From Vairimorpha necatrix (taxonomy: Eukaryota): a stretch of DNA of 64,000 bases. Position 1 is the stretch's first letter, and the number at the start of each line of letters is the position of its first letter. Where the stretch lies: contig CP142734.1 of the NCBI GenBank assembly GCA_036630325.1, positions 372,001 through 436,000 of the forward strand, read 5' to 3'. Positions 26,450 to 39,444 of this stretch are shown piece by piece. The position numbers and the translations under genes are program-made. A model generated the notes under the pieces. That model ran no database searches and was not told where the DNA came from. It saw only the letters and a list, made by a program, of their open reading frames with translations.

Positions 26450-29400
26450 TGTGGGGAGTGCTACAATGTCAAATACATCATGTTGCCGTTTTGATATATT
26501 TGACACTGTGTTTCTTTAAATTATTGATAATAAATAAACCCATGTTTTCAATCCAAAAATTTGGCCAAACGCCAGGAACTTTCTCATTTTTAGAAATGAA
26601 GAGAAAAATGATCCACAGCAGTTCTTGTAGGACTTTCTAGATGTAAGGAGGCTGATGGATACAACAGGATGAACTTGTACTTCTGTTCAGAGTGTCTTTG
26701 AAAGAAGAGACAAGGGATTGGATTATCGCCCAGCCAATTGGCCTATCGCTTGAAAGACTGGCATATTTATTTCAAGAAAGGTTTATGGATAACATGGCGA
26801 CGAAAGTGACTGTAGATAATCTTTCCTTCTACAATATCATGTTGGATCTCTCGCCAACTATCTAGATAAGATGGCAGGATTGGTGCGCTGTAGGAATGTT
26901 CTAATGGCATATTAATTGCCTTTGTGCTGAAAGGAATTCCAAATCATCTACAAACATGGTTTGAATACTCAATAAGGACTCATTATTTTGGGAATATATA
27001 TACAAAGCCCTAAGTAATGTTAGCGCTGGGGAAGATAAATGTTATACATAATTTCGCAGGGAGGTTATTGGAATGTAAATGCGATTAGCTGCAAATAATA
27101 CCATAAAAGAGGCGGTTTCCTGTGAGTAACGGCAAAAGGAGGTGATCTTATTGTGGAAAGAAAGGCCATATAATGTCAGGGTGTAAATATAATGGTTTCC
27201 GTAGTATATATGATAATTCAAGAAGAAGAAATAGAAGAAAATAAGAAATTAGATTTGAAGGAATTTATATAGAACTACTCTGTTGCAAAGTTCGAGGATA
27301 TTAGGACTACGCTTAAGAAAGCGCCATTAAACAATTCATTAGCTAATTTTAAAGCGCTCATCGATACTGGAGCTGATATAAATCTAATTAGACCAGAGCT
27401 TTTGCCATTGAAAATCGTTGTTAATCGTTCGAAACAACAGCTTAGGGCAGCAAATGGAACGAAAAAAGATCATTTTAGAAACAGTAATCATTTTATAAAT
27501 TGAGGGTTTGATTTTCGAAGATAAATTCAATATTACTAGGGATATCACAATTCCGTGCAGAAAAGAGAACAAGGGATATTTGATAAGTATAAGATAAATG
27601 TAAAATATGGAAACAACAAAATGAAAATTGAATCTGGACAGTTGTCAATTGGGAAAGCTATAGGATATCATTGAATTATTTCAAAGGATGATAACCCAAT
27701 TTTTTCTCAGCTATACAAGTTGGGCGGAGCCAAAGAGGAATTTGCATCTCAAATAGTAAAAGAGTATCTAAAATTTGGAATCATTAGATCAAGTGTAAGC
27801 GCATGGAAAAGTTCGAAATATAGTCGTAAAATAGAATGAAGATCATAGTTTATGCGTTGATTATACAAGATTAAATGATGCGACTGTCAGAAACGCGTAT
27901 ACAATGCATAATAGAAGAGTTCATCAATTCTTTAGAGAGAAAACTTACTTTCATAATTAGATTCCGAATCTGGCTTTCCCCGAATAGACATGGCGCCTTG
28001 TGATATTGACAAGACAGCCTTTGCCTGTAGAGAAAACTTATTTGAATTTACAAAACTGGAATTTGGACTTGTTATGGTCCAGATACAATTTGGGACGGTG
28101 AATAACATATTGAGAGAATTTTTGTTTAAGTTTGTGGTAATATGTATGGATGATATACTAATATATAGTAAAACTAGAAAAGATCATGTAAAAGATGTGG
28201 AGAGGGTTTTAGAAAAACTTTAAAAGTAAAAACCTGAATAAGGAGAAATGTGAATTCAATTAGACACATTTAAAAATCTTAGGCCATGTAATATCAAAGG
28301 AAGGAATAAGTGTAGACGAAGAAAGAGTAAGGAGTATTCAACAGATACTTATTCCTAACATTAAGAAAAAACTACAATCATTGTTGGGATTGTATAATTA
28401 CTGTACAAAATTTATAAAAAACAGTCACAGGGGGGTTAGCCCGCTATTTGATATAATCAGGCCTAAAGATAAGGAAGCGGATAACTTTTGGGAAAATGAA
28501 GAGAATGATAAAAAATACATCAAGTCAATCGAAGAGGTAAAACAGGCCATGAAGAGAACGGCCTTATGACTATCCCAAATTTAAAGGATAAGTTCATTTA
28601 GAATACAGATGCATCAAAAGAGGGATGTGGTGCCACATTGGCACAAATAATTGAAGGAAAAGAAAAGATTATTTCTTAATACAGCTTCTTGCACTCGAAG
28701 ACAGAAAAGAATTACTTCGCGATTGAACAAGAACTATTGGCGGTTGTAAAATCCATCCTACATTTCAAAGAGTATTTATTGTCACGAGCCCAGCTGGTTA
28801 CCCGAGCCGGACTGGTTACCAAAAAAAAAGAATTTTTTTTAAAAGAAACCCCCAAAAGGTATTTAAAATGCTCTGGGGAGTTGTTTGACAGGTTTAGCAT
28901 AAACCCTATTTCAATAACACTCAATATTTTAATTTAATTATAAAAATATTCGAAAAAAAATAAAGACATTTTTCTTAAGAATTATCACTACTTTTATTAT
29001 CTTATTTATATAAAAATTTATCTTCTATTTAGCATTTTGAAATTTAAAAAACTTACAAAATTTCAATTAATATTTTTATCAGTATAATTTTTATTATAAT
29101 ACGCATTTTAAAATTATACAAATATTTTCAATTATAAAAGTTGTTTGTTTTGAATTTAAATACTAATATTTTACTAACAAAACTATATTTTAATTAATTA
29201 AAACAGGTTACACATCGAATTATATTCTCAATTTTATTTTAGAATAGTTTGTAATTGTGGAAAAGTCAAAAATATCATTTACAAAATGAGTTAGTGAATA
29301 TCAATGATTGGCCTTGAGCATCGTAAACAAAGATTATAAATCTAGATTTCTGTAATTAAATTAATTGTACAATGAAAATATGACAATCTATAAATATTAT

Positions 29401-32396
29401 CAGTTGTTTAAATATAATTCGATATACTAATGACACATATATTTTTTATGATGAATTATATTAACGCTGGAATAGAAATATGATAAGTATTGAAAAAAAA
29501 ATATAGTTTAAATTTAAAAGTAAATTATAAAGAATAATAACTCAATTTAACAAAGCTTAACTATTTTTTTAATTTTTTTACCAAATTCATGGACAAAATT
29601 TCTCCAGAATCTTTAAACTTAGCCTTTAACCTTTTATTAGACAAAATTTCTACTACTTCTCCAGGTTCAGAATAAAACGAGCTTAATTTTAACTTTTTTC
29701 TTTTGGAATTAGCATCAAAATCTTTTTTTAATATTACTTTATCTCCTATAACAAAATTATTGATAGAACGATGAACGCATTTTTTGTTCATTCTTAAGAG
29801 ATAATTTCCGTCTACCATAGATCTATTTTCTCGCCCAAAGTCAAAATCCCAGTCTTCATCTTTGATTTCCTCATCGTTAATACTGCTTTTACAAGTATTG
29901 TACCCCTTCCTTCCATAAAATAATTCAAATGGAGATTTTTTTTGTTGCAGAATGTACTGCGATGTTTTTTTTTTTATAAACAACTGTGTCAATGAATAAG
30001 ACCAAGTTTTTATTATTTGGACCAAATTCGGCGTGAAGGTGTTTTTGTAAGTATCGAGTAATTGTTTGATTTAATCTCTGAACTTGTTTGACTCTGAGGA
30101 TGCCTGTGTCTGCCATTAACTAGTAAAATTTTATTCTGATCGCAGAATTCAGATAAAAGTGAATTTTTAAATTCTTTACCATTATCACACTGAAGTTCAC
30201 TAGTAAGCCCGTACCAATTAAAATAAATTTGAAATGTAATAAAACTTCCGAGGCAGTTTTAGTTTTCATCACAGAAGTAAATGCATACTTAGAATACACA
30301 TCTATAGCTGTTAGTAACCAACTATTTCCTTCGTTTTGGTCGGCATAACCTCTCATGTCTACCAGGTCGATAATAATCCTTTCAAAGGGCCTTTTAGCTA
30401 ATATATGCTTGTAGGTTTCCTTTGTTTTTAGAGATTGTGCCCGAACATAAAATTGCATTTTTTGTAAACCTCACGCACAAGACTTCTTGGGATAGTGTAA
30501 AATTCCTGACACAACTCATATAAACGATTGTGTCCATAATGATACTTACTATTTAGAGTTTGTACTTCCAATTTTATTGACTGTACCTTACTCTCTACAA
30601 CTACCCTTTTATGTAAGCCAGAAATATCTCCTAGAAAGAGAATATCATCTGCAAGAAGGAACTTTTCGGCTCTTTTCCTCAGCTTATACCTTGCTTGTTT
30701 GTCGATGATTGTGGTCAAATCATCTCCTTGGAGGATTTTTACCAGAAGATCATACATTTCTTGTTTTAATTCCTTTCATTAATGGGATAAAAAAAATATA
30801 TTCCAAAAAAGTTAAAATTTGTTTGAATATACTAATTTTTAAGCTATTTGGCTCAGTGGTTACTATTGCGTCTTTGACTTCGGTATATTTGGTTTGAGTC
30901 TCATATGGGTAAAAATTTTAGTAGAAAAATTATAAATATTTTACGTGATAAAACTAACGGAAACTTGGAATACATTATGAAAATATAGATCATAAATAAA
31001 AATAAAAAAATACAAGAAAATAATTTGGTAACCAGTCCGGCTCGGGTAACCAGTTGGGCTCGCGACATTTATTATTGGGCAAGTTCACATTATAAACTGA
31101 TCATCAAGCTCTATAATATTTGTTTAAGCCTAGAAATTTTAAAGCTGGGCTGGCTAGATGGTCATTGATTTTACAAGAATATGACTTTGATATTGAATAT
31201 ATGACAGTGCCGTCAAACCATACAGATCACCTGAGCAGAGAATTTAAAAAGGAAGGAGAGAATGTTTTGGAAATAAATTTAGTACAAAAGAAAGTTATAA
31301 AAAAGAGAGAACATTGATCTACTGAGGTTTTATCATGATTTTTAGGTCACGGATCAAAACAGAACATGAAGTATAATATCGGACAAAAATACTGATGGAA
31401 GCATATGAATAAAGACATAGAAGACTATATTGACAATTGTGAAGTTTGTCAAAAAAAAAAAACCACAAAGAAACTTTAAGGATTTTGTACCAGTGAGCTA
31501 ATAAATCAGGGGAGGTCTGAGAATTGGACATGATGGGACCCTGTAAGAGAGTGATCAAGGATATAAGTATTTATTAACAATGGCTGACCATTTCTCAAAA
31601 ATTGTATGGTTTGCCGGGTTATACAAAGGATATGAATATGGTTATTCATTTTATTGATAAACATATAGGTAGGAAACATGGTGTTCCAAAGGCCATTATA
31701 ACTGATTATGGTAAAGAGTTCAAAAAAAAATTTGTGATGAATATGCAAAGGTTTAGAATTTTATCTGGAAAATGGTTCCTTCTACAAATCTTCGACCACG
31801 GGGCTTGTGGGGAGATTTAATGGAAAATTAGGTTCAAAGTTAATGAAAATTACGGAATTTATGGAATTCGATTTGGCAAGATGCGTTTCTTAAGTTGATC
31901 AAGACCTATATGCACGTTTACCATAGGGCTATAGGCTGCGCTCCAGTAGAACTTATAACGAGGATGGCGCTTGATAATATGGACTTACAGGAAGGGATTA
32001 GACAATAAAAGATAAGAAAGAGTATCAGGAACAGGCTATTAGAATTTGAAGTTTACAGGCTCGAATATAATACGAGTGATAAGAAAAATGAGAATAGTAA
32101 AGAAAAAAAAAAGTAGGAGATGAGTCTGGTATTATTTAATTCTCCCTATAAGAGGATAACTCGAACCTAAATTGGAAAAAAAGGGAGTAATTCTAAAACA
32201 AAAATTTCATTTGTTAAGTGTTTTAATTAGATAGTAAGAAAATTTTTACGGCGAGTCGAAACCATGATAGGCTTTAAAGAAGGGGCAGTGTATAAAATGC
32301 TACCCCTGTCAAATGTGTCGTGTCATTGTTTTAATATATTTGACATGTTGTTTCTTTGAATATTTTATAATAAAAAACGATACTTTTATTCAAACA
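26450..32396 (+). mobile_element. Old degenerate Ty3/Gypsy element with ~108-bp diverged LTRs
   Basis: LTRs ~26450-26558 and 32289-32396; TSD ACTTA/ACTGA; TGG-starting PBS-like tract; PR LIDTGA, RT CMDD, RNase H TDAS and integrase remnants. Confidence 0.85.
28780..31067 (-). mobile_element. Ginger/Tdd-like DNA transposon (retroviral-type integrase, TIRs, no RT)
   Basis: 44-bp TIRs starting TGTC (2 mismatches); 5-bp TSD TTTAT; frameshifted integrase ~30783-29561 (RPFERIIIDLVD, IDVYSKY, DNGKEF, HPQSQ, RLNQT). Confidence 0.88.
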
Positions 32397-32750
32397 ACTG
32401 ATATACATGCTCATTAATAGAGCAAATCATATTCTTAGCATTTTTTGAGGTTGCACGGGGGTTCAATTCTTCGTAGGATCTCATTTCTTACTTTTTTAAA
32501 AGTCTCTCTTCTGACAGAACTAGACATCCTCTGTTATTCCAAGTTATTTGTATCCTTGATGCCCTTCTAGTACTGCTCATCTTCACTACAATCACTACAG
32601 TTAGTTGCAGACTTACTTTTGTTTATTTCTAAACCTACGGCCAGAAAACTTTTTAGTTTCACCATTCATAAATTTCAGAACGACATCGTTCTCTGCGAGG
32701 AGCGTAAGATCATCAATAAAAAGAAGATGGTAACTACATGAGCAATAAAT
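32397..32750 (-). mobile_element. RT portion of the interrupted RLE non-LTR element
   Basis: YHLLFIDDL (YxDD-equivalent) near 32710-32735, same strand as 21050-22393. Confidence 0.7.
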
Positions 32751-32952
32751 TAATTTAAATTAGAAGCATTATAGAGTTGCTAATACTCACTGTAAAGAAA
32801 ACTCGATGGACCACGATTTTTTACTTTTTGTATATTTTTTTAAGGGGGGGGGGGTGATTGTCCAAGCTATGGTCCCCTTCCCCTTTTCTTTCCCATTTTT
32901 TACACTTCATGATAGCAACAATTTGGAAAAGGTGTGAGAACATTATCCTTGG

Positions 32953-34138
32953 GGCGCTACTTCATTTTCTTGCCCCCCCCCCCTAAAAAAAACATCAATA
33001 AAAAGATACAAAATCGTGTTATTTTTAAAATCTAAACATTTTTTTTGAGGGGGGCAAGAAAATGAAGTTAAGGTATTTTTGTCGATTTGAGAATTTTTAA
33101 ATGCCTCCTTCAGATTCCTTATTAAGGGGTTAAAAAATTTAAAGGAAGCTATTCGGGAGCTAAATTTCTTCGAAGATGCGTGCTTTAGGCACAATAAAGC
33201 AGCAATTGATTTTTTTTAGATAATGGTCTTCTAAAAAAATCGATTGCTTGCAGACATTGTTCGACATCAGAACGAACTGTTCTTATAAACATTAGTGGGT
33301 GTTCCGGCTAAATTGACGGTAAAGCTTATCGTTGATTAATAAAAAGTGAAGTTCGAAGAGCTCACTTAAAAATGGTACGATGTTTAAAGGGATAAACGTT
33401 CAATTTCACAAAATTCTTAGAGTATTCTATTGCTGGGTATTAAATTATACTACTTACAAAGCAATAGATCTTTGCAAAATATGCGAAAATTCATATATTA
33501 AAATCAAGGATACAGTGATGGAAGTCATTGCTTCTAAAAGCGATGATAGCCACCAAATATGAGGAACTTCTGTTTGTGTACAATTTATTGAAAAAGCCAT
33601 ATGCAACGGGGTAATTGTATCCAATCCTTCTTCAACTTTGGATTCCATGCCTGGAATTCAATGGATTATAGGCGGCATAGTAGAAGGTAACTGTAGATAA
33701 TTTGTTCTTGAATTGCTACAAACCGACAATCTGGTACTATTGAAGAGTTTTTTAGACACAGAGTAAAACGTGGCTCTATTATAATTACTGATGGATACCC
33801 CTCATGTCCTTCAGCCTCTAGAAATTTTGGGAGTGAACATTACAAAGTAAATCATGCGCTTGGGTTTATAAATGCAGAAGGAGACCACACAAATAATATA
33901 GAAAATTTGTGGTCCCATTTGAAAAATGAATATAGATCGAGAATGGGGCTTAAAAGTCATAGGATAAATTTATTTCTAAAAGAATTCGCTTGGAAAAAAA
34001 ATATCAATAATTTCAATAATGATGATCATAGGTGTGCTTATATAAAAATTTTAGAACTTTGTATGTTGGAATAAATAAAATTTCTTCTAAATAATTTTTT
34101 TTTTAGGGGGGGGGGGGGCAAGAAAATTAAGTAGCGCC
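32953..34138 (+). mobile_element. Merlin transposon with a disrupted transposase
   Basis: TIR GGCGCTACTT.ATTTTCTTG(C)nTAAAA; 8-bp TSD ATCCTTGG; IITDGYPS, VNHALGF and HTNNIENLWSHLK motifs. Confidence 0.93.
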
Positions 34139-34439
34139 ATCCTTGGAATTCTGTATTATAGGAAATAATCTCCAAGAACACCTTTTGTAGAATTAGGTGC
34201 AATAAACCCTTCATTCTATGTGATTCAATGTTTTTCTACGAAACATGTACATTACTAAAGCTTCTTCGTATATTGATAGAAGAGTATAGATGTAACGTAA
34301 AAAAAAGACATAAGAAATTGTTGTTAAAAAAAACTCGAAATTTTTAAGGATCATCGAATTTAACTTGATTTCGATGTGTTTATATTTTTTTTTCTTTTCT
34401 TACTCGAACTATAAAGTTATTAATTGTTGCAAAATAGGC

Positions 34440-35060
34440 GAATCAACATTCATTTTAAAAAAAAATATATTATTAATTTAAACCGAGAATTCCTCAAGAA
34501 AAAAAATAAGGAAAAAATATAAGATTTCAAATCAATAAAACACCATTATTTAATGTCTTAGTGATTGATATTCCGTACTTTTACACGACATTCCCCTATT
34601 ATATAATGGATACTTAAAGTAGTTCTATAAGGTGTTGGGACAAGGTTTTTTGTTTCTTTAACTCCTAACAGAAAACGTAAAACTATAACAGAAGAGTTTT
34701 AAAAAAAAACTTTGCTCCCGGAACTATTTTTGTTACTGATGAATATCCATCATACTTCAAAGCCGTGGCAAATTTTGGTTCTGAGCATGAAATAGAAAGT
34801 CAAAGCAAAGGATTTGTGAACAGCGAGGGTGACATAAAATTAGTTTGAAAATTTCTGGTTCACTTTAAACACGATTATAGAAAAAGAAGTGGATTAAATC
34901 AATGTCAAATCGTAATAGATTTAAAAAAAATTCGTAAGAGACATTGTCAATAATTTAGAAAAAAAATATTACATTCCTCATGCCTTTGTTTTATTTTTTA
35001 CAAAAATGTTCGGTTATTTAGTAAATTTTTTTGTAGGGAGCCGATTTTTCTACTAGAGCC
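34440..35060 (+). mobile_element. Merlin transposase remnant
   Basis: APGTIFVTDEYPSY..AVANFGSEH...GFVNSEG; candidate right end ...CTAGAGCC; left end undefined. Confidence 0.7.
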
Positions 35061-37559
35061 ACTTTCGTAAGAATGATTTAACAAATACTATACCAAAGTT
35101 CTTTATTTTACTACATATAAAATGACAATCAAACATTTAATCTCATCATAAAAATATGTAACTTGGATTGACTTTGGTATAATGGAACAGTATTGCACAT
35201 TTTTCTACTCATAATAATACTACTACTTTCATAATGAAATAACTTTAAAAAGCTTAATTCTTAAATCATAAATGGGCTTGTTACTGTTCAGGAAGAGGTA
35301 TTCGAGTGTCCGATAATTTGATTTCAGAAAGAAATGTTAGAAGAGATTGTGAGTGTATCTTGTAAAAAGTAATTAGTAAGTTTGATATTATACCCAAAAA
35401 ATATTAAAATTACATACATAAATAGCTTTATTTACGGATCATAGAAAAAAATTCCTCTAAAAATTTTTTTTTTAAATGTTTTATGCAAATTGTAAAGCAG
35501 TTAAAACATGAGAAATTTCTCTGTTCTTATTGAATTTTAAGTACAAAAGCAAATTCATTAAAAGAAACACTAAATGTTGAAATTTAATAAAATGATTAAA
35601 ACGGTCCTAGACAATTCAGAAAAGAATAAAAGATATTGTTTCTGTTGGCGTAATATACTTATTATTTTATCTTGAATTAAAGCATATAAAAAACAAACAT
35701 ACACTTTAATATTTCTAAGGATAAAAGTTGCACTTATAACAATACAAAAAGAATCGATACCGTGGCCCATCCACGGTCAAATAAAATATTAACACATAAC
35801 AATGTACATGTAAATCACCACAAAAAAAAGAGTTTACTTGTCCATTAAGCAATAGATTAACAAAAAATGATTTTTAAATATCTCTATCGCCTTAGTCTGT
35901 TCCAAGTGATATTATATTCGCATTTACTATCTAGAATTAGAGAAGACGATATATTACAAACAGCAAATTCTATAGCATGATAATACCTCACACATGTCTC
36001 TAAACAATGGCACATCACTAATAAGGCATTTATGCATTACATTAGCATTTGTAATAAGCGAGTATAGGCAAGCGTGATACTAAATATTTTAGCATAAATA
36101 CTCGGTTTTAGGCTCTTTTAGTTTACTCGCCAAAGCTGGATTGTAATTTTTACTCATACATACAAATATAAATTATAACATAATATATTATGCATACATA
36201 TAAGTAGTAAGTAATATATTGAAATCTTTAGAGGGATTTTACATAGGTTACAAATCTGCATATGATTGAAAACTACACAAGTTCATAACTATACCAAACA
36301 ATTGACGCTTACAATTATTTTTTTTTTAAACAAATGGCGCATATCGGAATAAAGTTTGACATTTCATTATTGCAGCAAACGCTTACTAATATGTTATAAG
36401 ACCTAATGCTGTGCATCGTTTGTTATGTATATAACTTTCAAATGATTTGTGTTGAATCGAGACATTAAAGATTTATATTACAACTTTAATTTTCTATACA
36501 CGCATGAATTTGCAATTGCCCAAAGTTTATATTTATGACGATTAAATATAATTCTAGTTATATAACTTCCAATGTTATAAAATTTATAATACTTTGTTGA
36601 AAATTTATGATAGCTTAATAAAAATTTTTGCAAAATTGAGGCAATTAAAATTTGATTTTGTGGATTGAGTTAAATTGTGTTTTTGAGGCGTTTTTTATAT
36701 AACATTTTCTGCGAGAGAACACATGTTTGTCTTGTCCATATATTTATTATGTCTTATGTCTGATAAAATTTACGGCAGATATAATATTTTCAATTTTCGA
36801 CCTACAATCATGTGTTATTATCAGGACATTGCTAAAAAAATTCAAAGTTTTTGAAATCATATTTTATCTATTAAATGTTTAGATTAGTTAAAGAAAAATT
36901 ATAGATTTTATACGTTGATATAATTAATTTGGAATATATTTTTTCCTGACTCCAAATGAACACAATGATACCTTAAATCTACATTGTATCTCTTATCAGC
37001 ATTTTTGTGCTTTAGTTTTTATTAAAATTAGTTTGGTAAATTTTAGGAAATATTTTGTATATGATTTTTTTTTATAGTGTCCTTTCTCATTTATATGATG
37101 TATCGTATTTTAAATTATTTAATTAAAAAAAGACGTCTAGTTTGTTTTTTGGTCTATAATTATTACAATGCAAAACTTAATGATCTTTTTAATACAATAG
37201 TTTTAAGAAGCAAAATTTAGAGGATTTTTAACATTTAATTTGCTTTTTCGAATTAAATTTTTTTTGTGTCGATTGTAATATTTTACTAAGCCACACACAA
37301 TACTGTTATAAGGTAATATTTATGCTATATTTAAATATTGAATTAGCTGTAAATTTTTATTCTAGTTATTTTACCATCAGTTTTAATAATAGCATAATAT
37401 ACGATGTATAAAAATGTTTGTTTTTTTAAAAAAAATTTATGTAAAAACTGTAGTTTTCTTTTGATTTAAAGCCTTAAATTTCATCTAAGCATGGCGTATT
37501 CACATATTTTATTTTAGTTAATTTTTTAATTTAAATTAAAAAAATAAGAAACCCCATAC

Positions 37560-38525
37560 ATGAAGCCGAAAGATCAACTTATGATTAACATATTGCCCTT
37601 TATAAAATTAAAAAGTACTGTTAACAAAAGTCAAGAATCTTCAGAATATTTAGATGAAAATAGTAATGAAGATGTTTGGGAAGACGTTAATAAAATTTTT
37701 AAAGGCTCTTTTAATTTTAACAATGTTTTATATATTGACAGTCATAAAATAAAAGATAAATATATTGATCTCATTGCTCCAAAGTTACAACAAACTCGTT
37801 TGTCATTTGAAGTATACTGTAAGTCTCGGCCTGACAATAAAACTTTAGATTTTAAATCTATCAGAGAATTTCCAAAATGTAATGCGTATTTGATTAAAAG
37901 AGCCTGCCAATGTGATCAGGTTTGTATTGACGAACATATTAAAAATATCATATATGATCCTTCTTGCGTTATTTTCGATCTTGAAAATGTCAATACTGAC
38001 GTGTCATACCTTGATAGTTGTGATCGTGAGGCATTAAGACCTTATAATGGTACATTAAAATTATATAAATTCGGATTTAACATTGAAAGAGCGACTAAAG
38101 AGTTGAATGACTCTATGAACGCAAGTTGTAGATCATTTACTTACGCGCCTGATCTTATTTGTAATGCATATGAACTAAGAGATGAATGTAAAAATGAAAA
38201 ATTTTGTATGTCTAAAAATTTAATTGTACCTGGAAATTGTACACTTAATTTTAATAAAATAAAAGAAATATTGGGAATTAAAAAAGAAGATTTTTTTACG
38301 GAAAATCTAGTATCGAGCACCGATAATCCAACAGCACAAGCCGCCATTCTTGTGCCTATTAAAAACGTCAATCATTTTACTATCGGATTATCTGGGGCTT
38401 GTCTAGTTATATTTTTATGTTTAATAGTTGTAAGTCTTTTTGGAAAATCAGTAAACAAAAAAATATTCTTTTTTTCAGTAATTGGGGTGATGATCGTATT
38501 CTTATCTTTAATATTGACTTTATAA
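37560..38525 (+). CDS. Hypothetical Cys-rich protein with two C-terminal transmembrane segments
   Basis: 321-aa ORF; CCCC motif before the ATG; hydrophobic C-terminus; AATAAA overlapping the stop. Confidence 0.8.
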   Translation: MKPKDQLMINILPFIKLKSTVNKSQESSEYLDENSNEDVWEDVNKIFKGSFNFNNVLYIDSHKIKDKYIDLIAPKLQQTRLSFEVYCKSRPDNKTLDFKSIREFPKCNAYLIKRACQCDQVCIDEHIKNIIYDPSCVIFDLENVNTDVSYLDSCDREALRPYNGTLKLYKFGFNIERATKELNDSMNASCRSFTYAPDLICNAYELRDECKNEKFCMSKNLIVPGNCTLNFNKIKEILGIKKEDFFTENLVSSTDNPTAQAAILVPIKNVNHFTIGLSGACLVIFLCLIVVSLFGKSVNKKIFFFSVIGVMIVFLSLILTL

Positions 38526-38748
38526 TAAAAAGTTTGCATTATTTTGTTTTAATGAATATACATAAATTTAATTAAAAAAATTGTCCATAGGTCATGGCAA
38601 CTATAGTTCTATATCAATTGCTTGCCATAATTAGTTTTTTAAAAATTCATTTTTATTAAAACAACCTTTATGAATTCAACTAAATATTTGATGTTATTCA
38701 TGAAAAAAAAATTTAAAAAAACATAATTCAATTAATCATTTAATCGGA

Positions 38749-39444
38749 TTAATTATGCAGCAAGGGATTCCTATGGGTGGAATTTAAAGGAAGAAAGAAA
38801 TCACTCTGTCTATTTATGGCGAAAGCATTAACAGTAGAAATTTCAGTTGTATCAATTTTATATCCATCATTCCATATATTATCACAAATTAAGAAATAAT
38901 CATCGGAATTTAAAATTTTCGTAATAGCATTGTTCCTGTTTTGATCTATTTTTAGATCTAAAAAACGAGACAATACAGGTTCTACATTTTCTATATCAAA
39001 TTTATGAATAAGAAAATAGTAGCAAACGAGGTTTCGAAAAAATTTTTTGAAAGCTTTTCCTAAAACATATTCAAATTTATGTTTTGGTTCCTTACATATA
39101 ATAGATTCTTCATCTTGGCCCATCATTGAATCTATGAAACTCAATGGAGATAAAAATTCCTTATCTTGAATTATTTCTTCTTTCGTCCCTTTATTATATA
39201 TTATTGGAGATTCTAAATTATCATGAAGTAACCAATATATTATAAGTGCCATTGGAAAGACTTCGCGCTTCCTATAATATTCATTACCAACCACGTAAAC
39301 TGAACCCTTCCTGTTACATAGATTGAATAACATTATATGAAAATCATCTTTTAACCTACTTAAATCTTTTTTTACTGTTCCTCGAAACCTTTTCTTACTT
39401 GCATTTAGTAGAGTTAGAAAAAACATCAAAGAAGCCATACGCAT
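38749..39444 (-). CDS. Hypothetical secreted protein
   Basis: ATG at 39444 after CCC; signal-peptide-like MRMASLMFFLTLLNAS. Confidence 0.75.
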   Translation of the reverse strand: MRMASLMFFLTLLNASKKRFRGTVKKDLSRLKDDFHIMLFNLCNRKGSVYVVGNEYYRKREVFPMALIIYWLLHDNLESPIIYNKGTKEEIIQDKEFLSPLSFIDSMMGQDEESIICKEPKHKFEYVLGKAFKKFFRNLVCYYFLIHKFDIENVEPVLSRFLDLKIDQNRNNAITKILNSDDYFLICDNIWNDGYKIDTTEISTVNAFAINRQSDFFLPLNSTHRNPLLHN

